From contig BTVY01000051.1 of NCBI GenBank assembly GCA_045863335.1, forward strand, positions 1 through 48,416: 48,416 nt of DNA. The letters run 5' to 3'. This DNA comes from Candidatus Hydrogenedentota bacterium. Lineage in GTDB: Bacteria > Hydrogenedentota > Hydrogenedentia > Hydrogenedentales > SLHB01. This document shows positions 1-10,283 of this stretch, piece by piece; the first letter of the stretch is position 1, and each line of letters begins with the position of its first letter. The position numbers were made by a program, and so were the translations under genes. The notes under the pieces were generated by a model. The model worked only from the letters and a program-made list of their open reading frames with translations. It made no database searches and was not told the DNA's origin.

Positions 1-72
1 CGTACGGTGGTGTGAGAGGACGGGGGAGGAACTATCCTCCCCCTCCTACTCGATTCCCCCGCAGCGATTCCC

Positions 73-910
<838 letters not shown>

Positions 911-1004
911 AAACTCCTCAGAACAGCGGCCCCTTTAGCCGCCCCGAATGATTTCGTGTCAACTTACTCCGGTTGCCGCACGTATCTCAAAGGACCCCTA
1001 TGGT

Positions 1005-1034
1005 TTGACAGTGTCGGGCGGCGTGGGATACGCT
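1005..1034 (+). promoter_or_regulatory. Possible sigma70 promoter for the lipoprotein-sulfatase operon
   Basis: TTGACA-N18-TACGCT, about 35 nt before ATG 1071. Confidence 0.4.
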
Positions 1035-1070
1035 GTGCGCGAAGAATCATCGAATCTGGGAGACACGGGA

Positions 1071-1553
1071 ATGCGACAACTTGGTGTAGCACTGGCGATT
1101 GTATTGATGGCGGCCACGGTCATGGGCTGCAATTCGCTTGGCCGGCAGCCCCGGCTGGAGAACGCCTCGATATCGCCGGCCTCGCTCATGCCCGAACAGA
1201 GCGCCGTGATTACCGTGAAGGTGGTGGATAAGCACGACATCGTCGATCGCGTCGTCGGCGTGGTCCTCGAAGATCCGCGCATGAAGTTTCCTCTCCGCGA
1301 TGACGGCGTCGCGCCGGATCAGGAAGCGGACGACAATGTCTGGTCGCTCCAGGTGGACGTGCCCTTTGGCGCGCCTCCGGGTCAGTTTACGCTCGAACTC
1401 ACGGCGTTCAATTCCAAGGGCGACGCCATCGTCGTGCGGAAGTCGAAGAACGAAGAAGGCCCTCTGACGACATCCTGCACGCTGGTGATCGCCTATCCAC
1501 CCGAGGAAGCCGCTCCCGCAGAGTCTCCCGAAGAAGCCGCGTCTGAAGGCTAG
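1071..1553 (+). CDS. Lipoprotein with a choice-of-anchor X-like motif
   Basis: GGGGAGA RBS; signal peptide ending VMGC lipobox; LRDDGVAPDQEADDNVWS motif; acidic tail. Confidence 0.7.
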   Translation: MRQLGVALAIVLMAATVMGCNSLGRQPRLENASISPASLMPEQSAVITVKVVDKHDIVDRVVGVVLEDPRMKFPLRDDGVAPDQEADDNVWSLQVDVPFGAPPGQFTLELTAFNSKGDAIVVRKSKNEEGPLTTSCTLVIAYPPEEAAPAESPEEAASEG

Positions 1554-1565
1554 GAATTTCCCAAT

Positions 1566-2819
1566 ATGCTGTACCTGCTTATGGCGGCGTGCCTGAGCGC
1601 GCCCGACGTTTTCATCATTTCCGTCGATACCCTCCGCGCCGACCGGCTTGGGTGTTATGGATACGAATACGATACCAGTCCCCGTCTCGACGCCTTTGCC
1701 GAAAATGCGTTGCTCTTCGAGGACTGCGTCACGGAAGTGCCTCTTACATCGCCCTCCTTCGGCGCGATGATGACCTCGCGCTATCCGCGCATGAACGGCG
1801 CGGCCCGCAACGGCCTGCCCCTGCCTACCTCCATCCCGACGCTTGCTGAGCAATTGCAGGCCGCGGGCTATTACACTTTCTGCGTGCAAAGCAACTGGAC
1901 CTTGAAAGCGCCCTTGTCGGGTCTCGCGCGCGGGTTCGACGAGTATGACGACGGCTTTCACAAGAAGCGCTGGGGTTTTCTCAAGTCGGAACGATACGCC
2001 GACGAAGTGACGCGCATCGCGTTAGACCTGCTGGAGAACCGCGACGCATCCAAACCCGTGTTCGGCTGGATCCACTTCTCCGATCCCCACGCGCCCTACG
2101 AGTTTCACAAGAAGTTCAATCCCGGCAACCGCGTATTGCGCAAGCTCAGCGACGAAGAAGACACGCGCGCTCGCTACGATTCCGAAGTCGCCTACACCGA
2201 TCATCATATTGGGCAAATACTGGATGCGCTCCCGGAAGACGCCTATGTCGTGTTCGTTGCCGACCACGGGGAGAGCCTGTACGAACACGATTACCTCGGC
2301 CACGGCCGCCGGATCTATCAGCCGGGTCTGCACATTCCACTGATCGTCCGTGGTCCGGGGATTGCCGCCGGCCGTTCAAACGTTCCCGCGCGCGGGATCG
2401 ACGTGGCGCCCACGGTGCTCGGGCTCGCCGGATTGCCCAAGGTCGACGGCATGCTGGGCGCGGACCTGTTAAACGATTCTGTGCCGCAAGATCGCGTGCG
2501 CGTCGTCGAGACCTACGGTGGCGCGGTTCCCCGCATCCCCGGTGCAAAGGCCCTCATGGCCTCGCGTCCGCCTATGCGTCAAGGCGTGCTCGCCGGCGAA
2601 TGGAAGTTGGTGATTGGCGGACCGGAAACGGAGCTGTTCAATCTCGCAACGGACCCCTTGGAGTTGACGAACCTGGCGGATTCAGAGCAGCAGCGGCGCG
2701 AAGAATTGGCCGCGTTGATTGCCACCTGGGATACCGCGACCTCCAAGGAGGACGCCCAGGAAGCCGACCTCCGCGAGGAAGATATCGAAGCGCTAGAGAG
2801 CCTCGGCTACGTGGAGTGA
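1566..2819 (+). CDS. Sulfatase-like hydrolase/transferase (alkaline phosphatase superfamily)
   Basis: IISVDTLRADRLGCYGY, WIHFSDPHAPY, VADHGESL..H...GHG and LFNLATDPLELTNL motifs; nucleophile motif reads TSPSF. Confidence 0.9.
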   Translation: MLYLLMAACLSAPDVFIISVDTLRADRLGCYGYEYDTSPRLDAFAENALLFEDCVTEVPLTSPSFGAMMTSRYPRMNGAARNGLPLPTSIPTLAEQLQAAGYYTFCVQSNWTLKAPLSGLARGFDEYDDGFHKKRWGFLKSERYADEVTRIALDLLENRDASKPVFGWIHFSDPHAPYEFHKKFNPGNRVLRKLSDEEDTRARYDSEVAYTDHHIGQILDALPEDAYVVFVADHGESLYEHDYLGHGRRIYQPGLHIPLIVRGPGIAAGRSNVPARGIDVAPTVLGLAGLPKVDGMLGADLLNDSVPQDRVRVVETYGGAVPRIPGAKALMASRPPMRQGVLAGEWKLVIGGPETELFNLATDPLELTNLADSEQQRREELAALIATWDTATSKEDAQEADLREEDIEALESLGYVE

Positions 2820-3953
2820 TTCGCCCGTCAGTAAGGGCAGCGGGTCGACCGAGACGTCGTTCTTCCGTACTTCAAAGTGCAGGTGCGGCCCGGTGGAGCG
2901 GCCCGTGGAACCCACCTGCGCGATGGCCGAATCGGCCGTGACCGTGTCGCCCGCCTTCACCAGCAGTTTCGACGCGTGCCCGTAGATCGTCTCCAGGCCG
3001 TTCGCATGTTCCACCACGACGACCTTGCCGTATCCCGGCTTCCATCCGCTAAACGTCACTTTTCCCGGCATGGACGGAAAGACTTTGGTCCCGCTCTTCG
3101 CGGCGATATCGATGCCGTCGTGAAATTGTGGCCGCCCCGTGAAGGGATCTTTGCGCATCCCGTACTTCGACGTTAGCCGTGCTGGCCCGCCCAATACCCG
3201 CGACCAGGGGCTATCCGACACGCTCTCGCGCTCGGTCATGGAACCGGGTTCAAGAATGGATTGGATAAGGCCCGCAATGTCCAGGTTCTTCCTCGAGACC
3301 GCGGCATGCGCGCTCTGGCCGCCGCTGCTCTGCGCCTGCACGCCCAATGCGGAATGGGGCCGCAACGGCGGAACACTCCGCGTCGCGACACGTGGCAGGC
3401 CGATGGCGCTGCCGTGCTTGCCCGCACCGGAAGGCTCCGGCATCGCGAGGGGTTGTTTTGGTTCAGGCATGGCAAATCGTTGTTTCCCGGTGGCGGGTAT
3501 CGGCGCCGTCGGCGCTTCGACAGTCTTAGGGGATGGAGTGGGCAACGCGACCTGTTGTGCGAATGTCCCGACACGCGCATGAGCGCTCACGGCCGCAGCG
3601 AGTTCTTGCGCGCCCTTGCCCAGTTCCGAGAGTCCGGAGATATCCAGCCTCTGTCCCACCGACAACAGATTTGGGTCGCGCAGCCCGTTGGCTTTCGCGA
3701 TTTGCATCACCGCGCGATGGACGTCCGCCTTGCTTGGGTCTTTGCCCCGGCTGCTGAGATGGTCGCGGCAGATGTGCCAGAGGTTCTGCCCTCGCTCTAC
3801 GACATGCGTCCGCTGCTCGGGTGATTCAGCGCCCGGAGTAAGCCCCACATGCTTCATCGATTCGTGGAACTCGCCGCCGTTCGGCACCAAAGGCGGCGCC
3901 TGATCCCCAAGGACCCCCGAGGTCTGTTCAGCTGTTATTGGCGTAATCCGCAT
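2793..3953 (-). CDS. LysM + M23 family peptidoglycan endopeptidase
   Basis: LysM (HVVERGQNLWHI...NGLRDPNLLSVGQRL), Pro-rich linker, M23 motifs HDGIDIAA and GSTGRSTGPHLHFEV. Confidence 0.93.
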   Translation of the reverse strand: MRITPITAEQTSGVLGDQAPPLVPNGGEFHESMKHVGLTPGAESPEQRTHVVERGQNLWHICRDHLSSRGKDPSKADVHRAVMQIAKANGLRDPNLLSVGQRLDISGLSELGKGAQELAAAVSAHARVGTFAQQVALPTPSPKTVEAPTAPIPATGKQRFAMPEPKQPLAMPEPSGAGKHGSAIGLPRVATRSVPPLRPHSALGVQAQSSGGQSAHAAVSRKNLDIAGLIQSILEPGSMTERESVSDSPWSRVLGGPARLTSKYGMRKDPFTGRPQFHDGIDIAAKSGTKVFPSMPGKVTFSGWKPGYGKVVVVEHANGLETIYGHASKLLVKAGDTVTADSAIAQVGSTGRSTGPHLHFEVRKNDVSVDPLPLLTGESLHVAEAL

Positions 3954-3994
3954 TCAATCCTCGCCCCACAGATAAATCCCCGTATCTTCGGTGG

Positions 3995-4011
3995 AGCAAA
4001 TGGTATGCCGA
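3995..4011 (-). promoter_or_regulatory. Sigma54-type -24/-12 promoter upstream of LysM-M23
   Basis: Minus strand reads TCGGCATACCATTTGCT, i.e. GG-N10-GC with TTGC; AT-rich tract at 4026-4040. Confidence 0.6.
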
Positions 4012-4134
4012 TATGGCCCTGTTCTGTAAGTTGTTTTTTAGTGGGAGGTTAGGGATTTAGTCCGATTCGTGGCGTGCCGTCTTGCCGGAAGAAAGTTCCC
4101 TCAATAGGAGAATTCTGCACCTTGCCTGGGCGAA

Positions 4135-4776
4135 TTACCGCTCCACGACCGCGAAAAGACGGCAGCCGCTGGAATCGATTCCCTTGATTTTGAGCGGCAC
4201 CGCGAAAAGGTAGAAGAAATCCCGATCCAGTTGCTGTGCGCCGTCGGGGAACTCCACGAGCAAGGTGTCCCGGCTCAGCAACTGGTCGTGGAAAATCTTC
4301 CCCGCTTCGAGACCCTCGCCGAAGTTGATGGTGCTGTCGAAGGCGAACAGCTTCAGGTTCAGTTCGGCGAAGTAGGGGACGCACTCCAGGTCGAACATCA
4401 GCGGGCGCCGCGGCGTGTCGTTCCGCACGAAGAGAATCTCGAACTGGCCCCGGCGCGTCTCCAACTGCTCCTTGACGTAGTCGACGGTAACCCGCGGCAC
4501 GCATTCCGCGATATCGGTCTTGAGCAAGGCCGCCTTGCCCATGAAATGCTCGAGGGGATAATCGGTGCAAGACTTCCCCTTGAAATAGAAATGGTAGGGC
4601 GACTCGACATGGGTGCCCACGTGGGTGTGGGTGTTGACGATGTCGTACTTGAGAGTGCCGTCGCCCAAGCGGCCTTCCTTCACCTCAAAGGGCCTGCCTT
4701 CGACTTCTTGATTGGGGACCACCGCCAGCGAAAGGTCGACCAGTTTGTACGTGTTGAAATCGATGTCGAATACCAT
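4135..4776 (-). CDS. Cyclase-family (kynurenine formamidase-like) metallohydrolase
   Basis: LVDLS, HTHVGTHVESPYH (variant of HxGTHxDxPxH), PLKIKGIDSSGCRLFA; GGAGAAGG RBS before ATG 4776. Confidence 0.85.
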   Translation of the reverse strand: MVFDIDFNTYKLVDLSLAVVPNQEVEGRPFEVKEGRLGDGTLKYDIVNTHTHVGTHVESPYHFYFKGKSCTDYPLEHFMGKAALLKTDIAECVPRVTVDYVKEQLETRRGQFEILFVRNDTPRRPLMFDLECVPYFAELNLKLFAFDSTINFGEGLEAGKIFHDQLLSRDTLLVEFPDGAQQLDRDFFYLFAVPLKIKGIDSSGCRLFAVVER

Positions 4777-4912
4777 ACCTTCTCCATTCTCGCGGTCGCG
4801 ATGCCGCCACTCACAAACGCGGCCAGTGTAGCACAGCGGTGCGGCAGATTCCGCGTTTGAACGCAAGCCACCTTCCGGGTAGGCTTGCCTTGGGACAAAG
4901 GAGGCGCATCGC

Positions 4913-5254
4913 ATGGCAGCATTCAAGACCGGATACGTTGCATTGGTCTTCGCTTTCGTAGCGCTCGGACTGGCAATCGTTCCCCGCTATGTCATCGAAG
5001 CCCAAAACGAACAGAAGACCCTGGTGGAGCGGTTCGAAGAGGTCACGGACAAGATCGCCGCCGAGCTGGAAGGCGACCCCCAACCCAATCCCATCAAATA
5101 CTACGATCTCGCTGCGGTCGTCTGTGGGCTTATCGGCATCGTGCTTGGGGTTTTGGCGTGGCTGCAGCAGTCCAGCGCCAAGATCAGTATCGCCGCCATC
5201 GCGATATCCGTTGCGGCCATTCTTTGGCGGTATTTCATCGCAAGTTCCGGGTAG
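4913..5254 (+). CDS. Small membrane protein (about 3 TM segments)
   Basis: AAGGAGG RBS; three hydrophobic segments. Confidence 0.75.
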   Translation: MAAFKTGYVALVFAFVALGLAIVPRYVIEAQNEQKTLVERFEEVTDKIAAELEGDPQPNPIKYYDLAAVVCGLIGIVLGVLAWLQQSSAKISIAAIAISVAAILWRYFIASSG

Positions 5255-5259
5255 CGGGG

Positions 5260-5463
5260 AATAGGACCAATAGGACCCATAGGACCAATAGGACGAGCAG
5301 GTCCTTGGCCTGTGCTGTTCCCGAGTTCCCTTGGTGAAGCACCGCCCTCTTCTCAACTTCCCAGTCCATCATCATCCGATCGGTCTGATCCGTCTGATCC
5401 GCCTCATCGCTCCATCGGGTTCCTTCATGTCCTATAGGTCCCATTCGTCCTATAAGTCCCATT
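5260..5463. repeat. Inverted pair of 9-mer tandem arrays enclosing a second 9-mer array
   Basis: ATAGGACC(A/C) x4 at 5260-5294; GTCC(T/C)AT.. x4 at 5429-5463; internal TCCGATCGG/TCTGATCCG x3 at about 5375-5401. Confidence 0.8.
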
Positions 5464-5573
5464 TCCTTCATTCCCCCGCGCCCCCGTAGACCCGCCGGCC
5501 CCGCATATGCAAAAATAGATGAGTTCGCGCGTGTATCGCGCCACAATCGGCATTCAATCCACCGGAGTAACCC

Positions 5574-6305
5574 GTGACCACCGTCCCCGCAGCCAATGAG
5601 CCCGCGCCCCCGTCCCGCCAGGATGTCTGGCGCATGTTCGATCGGATAGCCCACCGCTACGATCTACTGAACCGGCTGCTCTCGTTCCGGCAAGATGTCG
5701 CATGGCGGAAACGCCTTGCGCGGCTCCTCCCGGATCGACCGGACCTGCGCGTCCTCGATCTCGCGACGGGTACCGGCGACGTGCTCCTGTCCCTTCATCA
5801 CAACAGCGGCCGGGTCCAATCCGGCGTCGGTGTCGACATGGCCGGGAAAATGCTGGCCATCGGCCATGAAAAGATTGCGGCGCGGGATCTCTCCAAGACC
5901 CTGCGCATGGTGCGCGGCGACGCCATGACCATCGCCTTTGACGACGCGTCCTTCGATGCCGTGACGATCGCCTTCGGCATTCGCAACGTGCTCGACGTAT
6001 GCGAGGCCCTCCGCGAGATGCGGCGCGTGTTGCGGCCCGGCGGCCGCGCGCTCGTGCTGGAATTCTCGCTCCCCGGCAACGCACTCTTCCGCGCGGGATA
6101 TTTGTTCTATTTTCGACACGTGCTTCCGCGTATCGGCGGCCTTATCTCGGGTGACAGCTACGCGTACCGGTACCTCAACGAGACCGTCGAGAGCTTTCCC
6201 TACGGAGAGGCCTTCTGCGCGCTCATGCGGGACGCAGGGTTCGCGGACGTCCGGGCCCATCCGCTGACCTTTGGTATTGCCACCATCTACGAAGGGAGCG
6301 CATAG
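5574..6305 (+). CDS. menG: Demethylmenaquinone methyltransferase (UbiE/MenG)
   Basis: MFDRIAHRYDLLNRLLS, VLDLATGTGD, FDAVTIAFGIRNV and AYRYLNETVESFP motifs; heads the men cluster. Confidence 0.95.
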   Translation: MTTVPAANEPAPPSRQDVWRMFDRIAHRYDLLNRLLSFRQDVAWRKRLARLLPDRPDLRVLDLATGTGDVLLSLHHNSGRVQSGVGVDMAGKMLAIGHEKIAARDLSKTLRMVRGDAMTIAFDDASFDAVTIAFGIRNVLDVCEALREMRRVLRPGGRALVLEFSLPGNALFRAGYLFYFRHVLPRIGGLISGDSYAYRYLNETVESFPYGEAFCALMRDAGFADVRAHPLTFGIATIYEGSA

Positions 6306-6312
6306 CGGTACC

Positions 6313-7707
6313 ATGACAGCTCCAATTCTCTATCCCGAAACCGTGGAACCCGGCCAGGCCAAAGAAACGCTGGCCATGCTCATCGAAAAGGCCTTCGAAT
6401 CCGTCTCCGCAAAAAGCGAATGCCATCGCCGTGCCCTGCGCGTCGAAGTGCCTGTCGAAGGCGTGGAGCCCCTCGCGTGGCTCGAAGCGCAGGGCATGCG
6501 GTCCCGCGGCTACTGGTGCTCGCGGGAACGGGACTTTGAACTTGCCGGCGTCGGTACCGCCGACATCATTTCCGCGGAAGTCGAATGCGACTACGAGGAG
6601 CTGTTCGATATCCTCAAGGCCGGCATATCGTCCGTGCATCCCAATCTTCGGTACTACGGCGGAATGAGGTTCCGGCAGTGCGCGCCCGCATCCGAAAAGT
6701 GGCGGCCCTTCGGCGCGTACCGTTTCGTGCTGCCCCGTTTCGAGGTCTTTACGCGCGGCGCACAAACCTACCTTGCCTGCAACGCGATTCTCGATGAGAA
6801 GACCGGCGACCTTCCGGAGCGGATTCTTGCAGCCCTGCGCGTCATGCCTTTCCCGGGAAAGGAGCAAATTGGCGCAGTTCCTGCTCTGCGGACGCGCAAC
6901 GACCAGCCCAGTCAGAACGAATGGGCCGGGGAAGTCGGCCGGTTGCTCCATGCCTTTGGGACCGGTGCAATCGACAAGGTCGTGCTCGCCAGAGAGACCG
7001 AATTCGTTTTTGACGGCCCGCCCGATCCCGTCGCGATCCTGAGACGCCTTTCCGTGGACGCCACGCGCACCTACCGCTATTGTTTCCAGCCCCGCGCCGA
7101 CGCGGCCTTCGTGGGTGCGTCGCCGGAACGACTCTACAAACGGCAAGACAAGTTTGTCCGCAGCGAGGCTGTGGCCGGCACGCGTCCCCGGGGGAACACG
7201 GCGGCGGAGGACGCGTCCCTCGGCCGGGACCTCCTCTCCAGCGAGAAGGAAACCCGCGAGCATCGCTATGTGGTCGACGCCGTCCGTGCGGAGTTTGAAC
7301 GGCAATGCACCGCAGTGCACATGGAGTCCGAGGCAGCCTTGCTGCAGCTTACTGAATGCCAGCATTTATACACGCGCATCGAAGGAATCCTCTGCGATGG
7401 GGTGACCGACGCCGACCTCTTGAAGTCCCTGCATCCAACGCCGGCGGTGGGGGGGAGCCCCCGTGAGGAAGCCCTTGGATGGATCGACAAGGTCGAGCCC
7501 TTCGATCGCGGCTGGTACGCGGGACCCGTCGGTTGGGTCGGTTCCGATGCCGCGGAGTTTGCCGTGGGCATTCGGTCAGCGCTGGTACACGAGAACGCGC
7601 TCTCGGTTTATGCTGGTGCCGGCATCGTAGCGGGATCGGATTCCGCTTCTGAGTGGGACGAACTGGAGAACAAGATCAGCCGCTTTGTCGGAGTGTTGAG
7701 CGGATGA
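6313..7707 (+). CDS. menF: Isochorismate synthase
   Basis: KVVLARE, FVGASPERL, EAVAGT, KETREH, LHPTPAVGG, RGWYAGPVGW and YAGAGIV motifs. Confidence 0.93.
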   Translation: MTAPILYPETVEPGQAKETLAMLIEKAFESVSAKSECHRRALRVEVPVEGVEPLAWLEAQGMRSRGYWCSRERDFELAGVGTADIISAEVECDYEELFDILKAGISSVHPNLRYYGGMRFRQCAPASEKWRPFGAYRFVLPRFEVFTRGAQTYLACNAILDEKTGDLPERILAALRVMPFPGKEQIGAVPALRTRNDQPSQNEWAGEVGRLLHAFGTGAIDKVVLARETEFVFDGPPDPVAILRRLSVDATRTYRYCFQPRADAAFVGASPERLYKRQDKFVRSEAVAGTRPRGNTAAEDASLGRDLLSSEKETREHRYVVDAVRAEFERQCTAVHMESEAALLQLTECQHLYTRIEGILCDGVTDADLLKSLHPTPAVGGSPREEALGWIDKVEPFDRGWYAGPVGWVGSDAAEFAVGIRSALVHENALSVYAGAGIVAGSDSASEWDELENKISRFVGVLSG

Positions 7708-9476
7708 GCACAATTACGGCAAGAACATTGAACGAACTCTGGGCGAAGCTCATCGTTGAAGAACTCATACGATGCGGCGTCGACCGGTTCGTCCTGTCGC
7801 CGGGTTCGCGCTGCACACCGCTCACGCTCGCCGTCGCGGAACACCCGCGCGCGAAATCGGTCATCCACTTTGACGAACGGGGCACAGCCTTCTTCGCGCT
7901 CGGCCAGGCTCGCGCATTGGGCGGCCCCGTCGCATTGGTTTGCACTTCCGGCACCGCCACCGCCAACTACCTCCCGGCCATCGTGGAAGCGGCGCAGTCC
8001 CTGGTGCCGCTCATCGTGCTGACATCCGACCGTCCACCCGAACTGCTGGACACCGGCGCGAATCAAACCATCGATCAGAATCAGCTTTATGGCCGGTATG
8101 CCCGTTGCTACCACGCCGTTCCTTGTCCCGACCGTGCGATTGCGCCCGAGGTACTCCTGACCGCGGTCGACCACGCGGTGCACCGGGCGAAATCCGCGCC
8201 GCAGGGCCCCGTGCATCTCAACTGCGCGTACCGGGAACCCCTCGCGCCGGTCGAGTCCGGCGAGGATTTTGAATCGTATCTCAGTGGCATCGCAACGTGG
8301 CGATCGCAGGGTCGCCCCTACACAACCTGCGCCCGCACGGAACACGCCGTCACACCCGAAGACGCGCAGTTCCTGACGGACTTGCTGCGGTCGGCGCAAC
8401 GCGGTGTCATCGTCGCAGGCCAGATGGATGCGCAGGTCGCGGACGAAGTCCTCACGCTGGGGCAAGCCTTGGGCTGGCCCATTCTCGCCGACGTGACGTC
8501 CGGCCTTCGTCTGGGCACCGCGGGGACGACTGTGGTCCACCACGTCGACCAACTATTGCATGCGCCGCAGGTCCGCGAGTTGTTGACGCCCGATGTGGTC
8601 CTGCACTTCGGCGGTCCGGTGACCTCGAAGCGGTTGATGCAGCAGTTGGAATTGCGACCGCCCGAGCACTACATCCGCGTTGCTGATCATCCTTTGCGCC
8701 ACGACCCTATCCACCGGGTGACCTTGCGCATTCAAACCGATCCCAGGACCTTCTGCATCGGATTGGCTTCCGCATGCCGCAGTACGCGCGCTGTGGAGTG
8801 GACGCAAACGCTTCTCGCGTGGAACGACGCCGCGTCCGCCGCCATCGACGCCCATCTGAACCCGGCGCTCGAGATCAGCGAACCTGGACTCGCCAGACAA
8901 ATCGCGCGCCTCATTGACCAAGGCAATGCCCTGTTCCTTGGAAACAGCATGCCGATCCGCGACATGGACATGTTCGGCGACCCGGCGGGCGAACGCGTCG
9001 TGGTCTACGCCAATCGCGGCGCCAGCGGAATCGACGGCAATATCGCGACCGCGGCCGGCATCGCGCAAGCGCGGGGTTGCACGGTTACCGCGGTCATCGG
9101 CGATCTGGCCGCGCTGCACGATCTGAATTCACTGGCCGTCCTCCGCAACCGCGAGGCAAAGGTCATTCTCATCATCATCAACAACGACGGCGGCGGAATC
9201 TTTCATTTCCTTCCTGTCGCGGAACGCACCGATCACTTCGAGCGCTACTTCGGCACGCCCCACGGCCTCGCGTTCGCCAGCGCCGCCGAACAGTTCGGGT
9301 TGAAGTACGCCCGCCCCAACAGCGTGGATTCCTTCACGGCTGCTTACGAGGCCGCCTGCGAACTGCCGGAGTCCTCCATCATCGAGGTTCAAACCGGACG
9401 CGAATCGAACCGGACGCTCCACCGCGAGTTGCAGGAAGCCGTGGTAGCCGCAATCGAATCTCACCCGAAGGCGTAA
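7704..9476 (+). CDS. menD: SEPHCHC synthase (ThDP-dependent)
   Basis: SPGSRCTPL, DERGTAFFALG, CTSGTA, GNSMPIRD, NRGASGIDG, GDLAALHDLN and NNDGGGIF motifs; ATGA overlap with menF. Confidence 0.97.
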   Translation: MSTITARTLNELWAKLIVEELIRCGVDRFVLSPGSRCTPLTLAVAEHPRAKSVIHFDERGTAFFALGQARALGGPVALVCTSGTATANYLPAIVEAAQSLVPLIVLTSDRPPELLDTGANQTIDQNQLYGRYARCYHAVPCPDRAIAPEVLLTAVDHAVHRAKSAPQGPVHLNCAYREPLAPVESGEDFESYLSGIATWRSQGRPYTTCARTEHAVTPEDAQFLTDLLRSAQRGVIVAGQMDAQVADEVLTLGQALGWPILADVTSGLRLGTAGTTVVHHVDQLLHAPQVRELLTPDVVLHFGGPVTSKRLMQQLELRPPEHYIRVADHPLRHDPIHRVTLRIQTDPRTFCIGLASACRSTRAVEWTQTLLAWNDAASAAIDAHLNPALEISEPGLARQIARLIDQGNALFLGNSMPIRDMDMFGDPAGERVVVYANRGASGIDGNIATAAGIAQARGCTVTAVIGDLAALHDLNSLAVLRNREAKVILIIINNDGGGIFHFLPVAERTDHFERYFGTPHGLAFASAAEQFGLKYARPNSVDSFTAAYEAACELPESSIIEVQTGRESNRTLHRELQEAVVAAIESHPKA

Positions 9477-9483
9477 CCTTGTC

Positions 9484-10278
9484 ATGCAACTTGCCCATCA
9501 CCTGAGCGGAAATGTCGATGGACCGTTGCTGCTTTTCTTGCACGGGTTCCTCGGCGACGCGAAGGAGTGGCGCGACATCACACCTGCGTTCGAGCCGCGC
9601 TATCGCTGTCTCACGGTGGATTCGCCGGGTCACGGCGCGAGCCAAATCACCAGACCCGCCGAATGCGGATTCGTGGAAACCGCCACTGCCCTCATCGAAC
9701 TCGTTGACGAAGCGGGCGCGGACACCTTCTCCGCGATCGGCTATTCCATGGGCGGCCGCATCGCCCTGTACCTGGCGTCGATCTACGCCATGCGCATGGA
9801 CGCCCTCGTGCTCGAATCGGCTTCGCCGGGACTGCCATCGGAAGACGAGCGGGCTGCGCGGCGAGAATGGGACGACGCCATCGCGCACAAACTGGAAACC
9901 ATGGACATGCCAGCGTTTCTCGACGAGTGGTACGCGCAACCCCTCTTCGCCACCTTGCAGCGCGACCCGGAGAAGCTCGCCGAACTGAAGGCTCGCCGTG
10001 CGCATCGCGACGGTCGGCAACTCGCCGCAGCCATGCGCGCGCTGGGCACTGGCGCTCAGCCCTCGCTGTGGACCGAGTGGCAAGCCAATCACATTCCAAC
10101 TTTGCTCATCGCCGGTGCGCTGGACGAAAAGTACGTCGCCATCGCCCAGACGATGGGGGAGAGATGCGCTGCTGCGGAGATCGCCATCGTCCCCGATTGC
10201 GGTCACAATGTGCACTTCGAAAACCCCAGCGTTTATACTGATCGCGTTCTGGCATTTCTCGATCAAAATCAGGAGTAG
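9484..10278 (+). CDS. menH: SHCHC synthase (alpha/beta hydrolase fold)
   Basis: [31 protein letters not shown] and GHNVHFENP motifs. Confidence 0.95.
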   Translation: MQLAHHLSGNVDGPLLLFLHGFLGDAKEWRDITPAFEPRYRCLTVDSPGHGASQITRPAECGFVETATALIELVDEAGADTFSAIGYSMGGRIALYLASIYAMRMDALVLESASPGLPSEDERAARREWDDAIAHKLETMDMPAFLDEWYAQPLFATLQRDPEKLAELKARRAHRDGRQLAAAMRALGTGAQPSLWTEWQANHIPTLLIAGALDEKYVAIAQTMGERCAAAEIAIVPDCGHNVHFENPSVYTDRVLAFLDQNQE

Positions 10279-10283
10279 CATTC

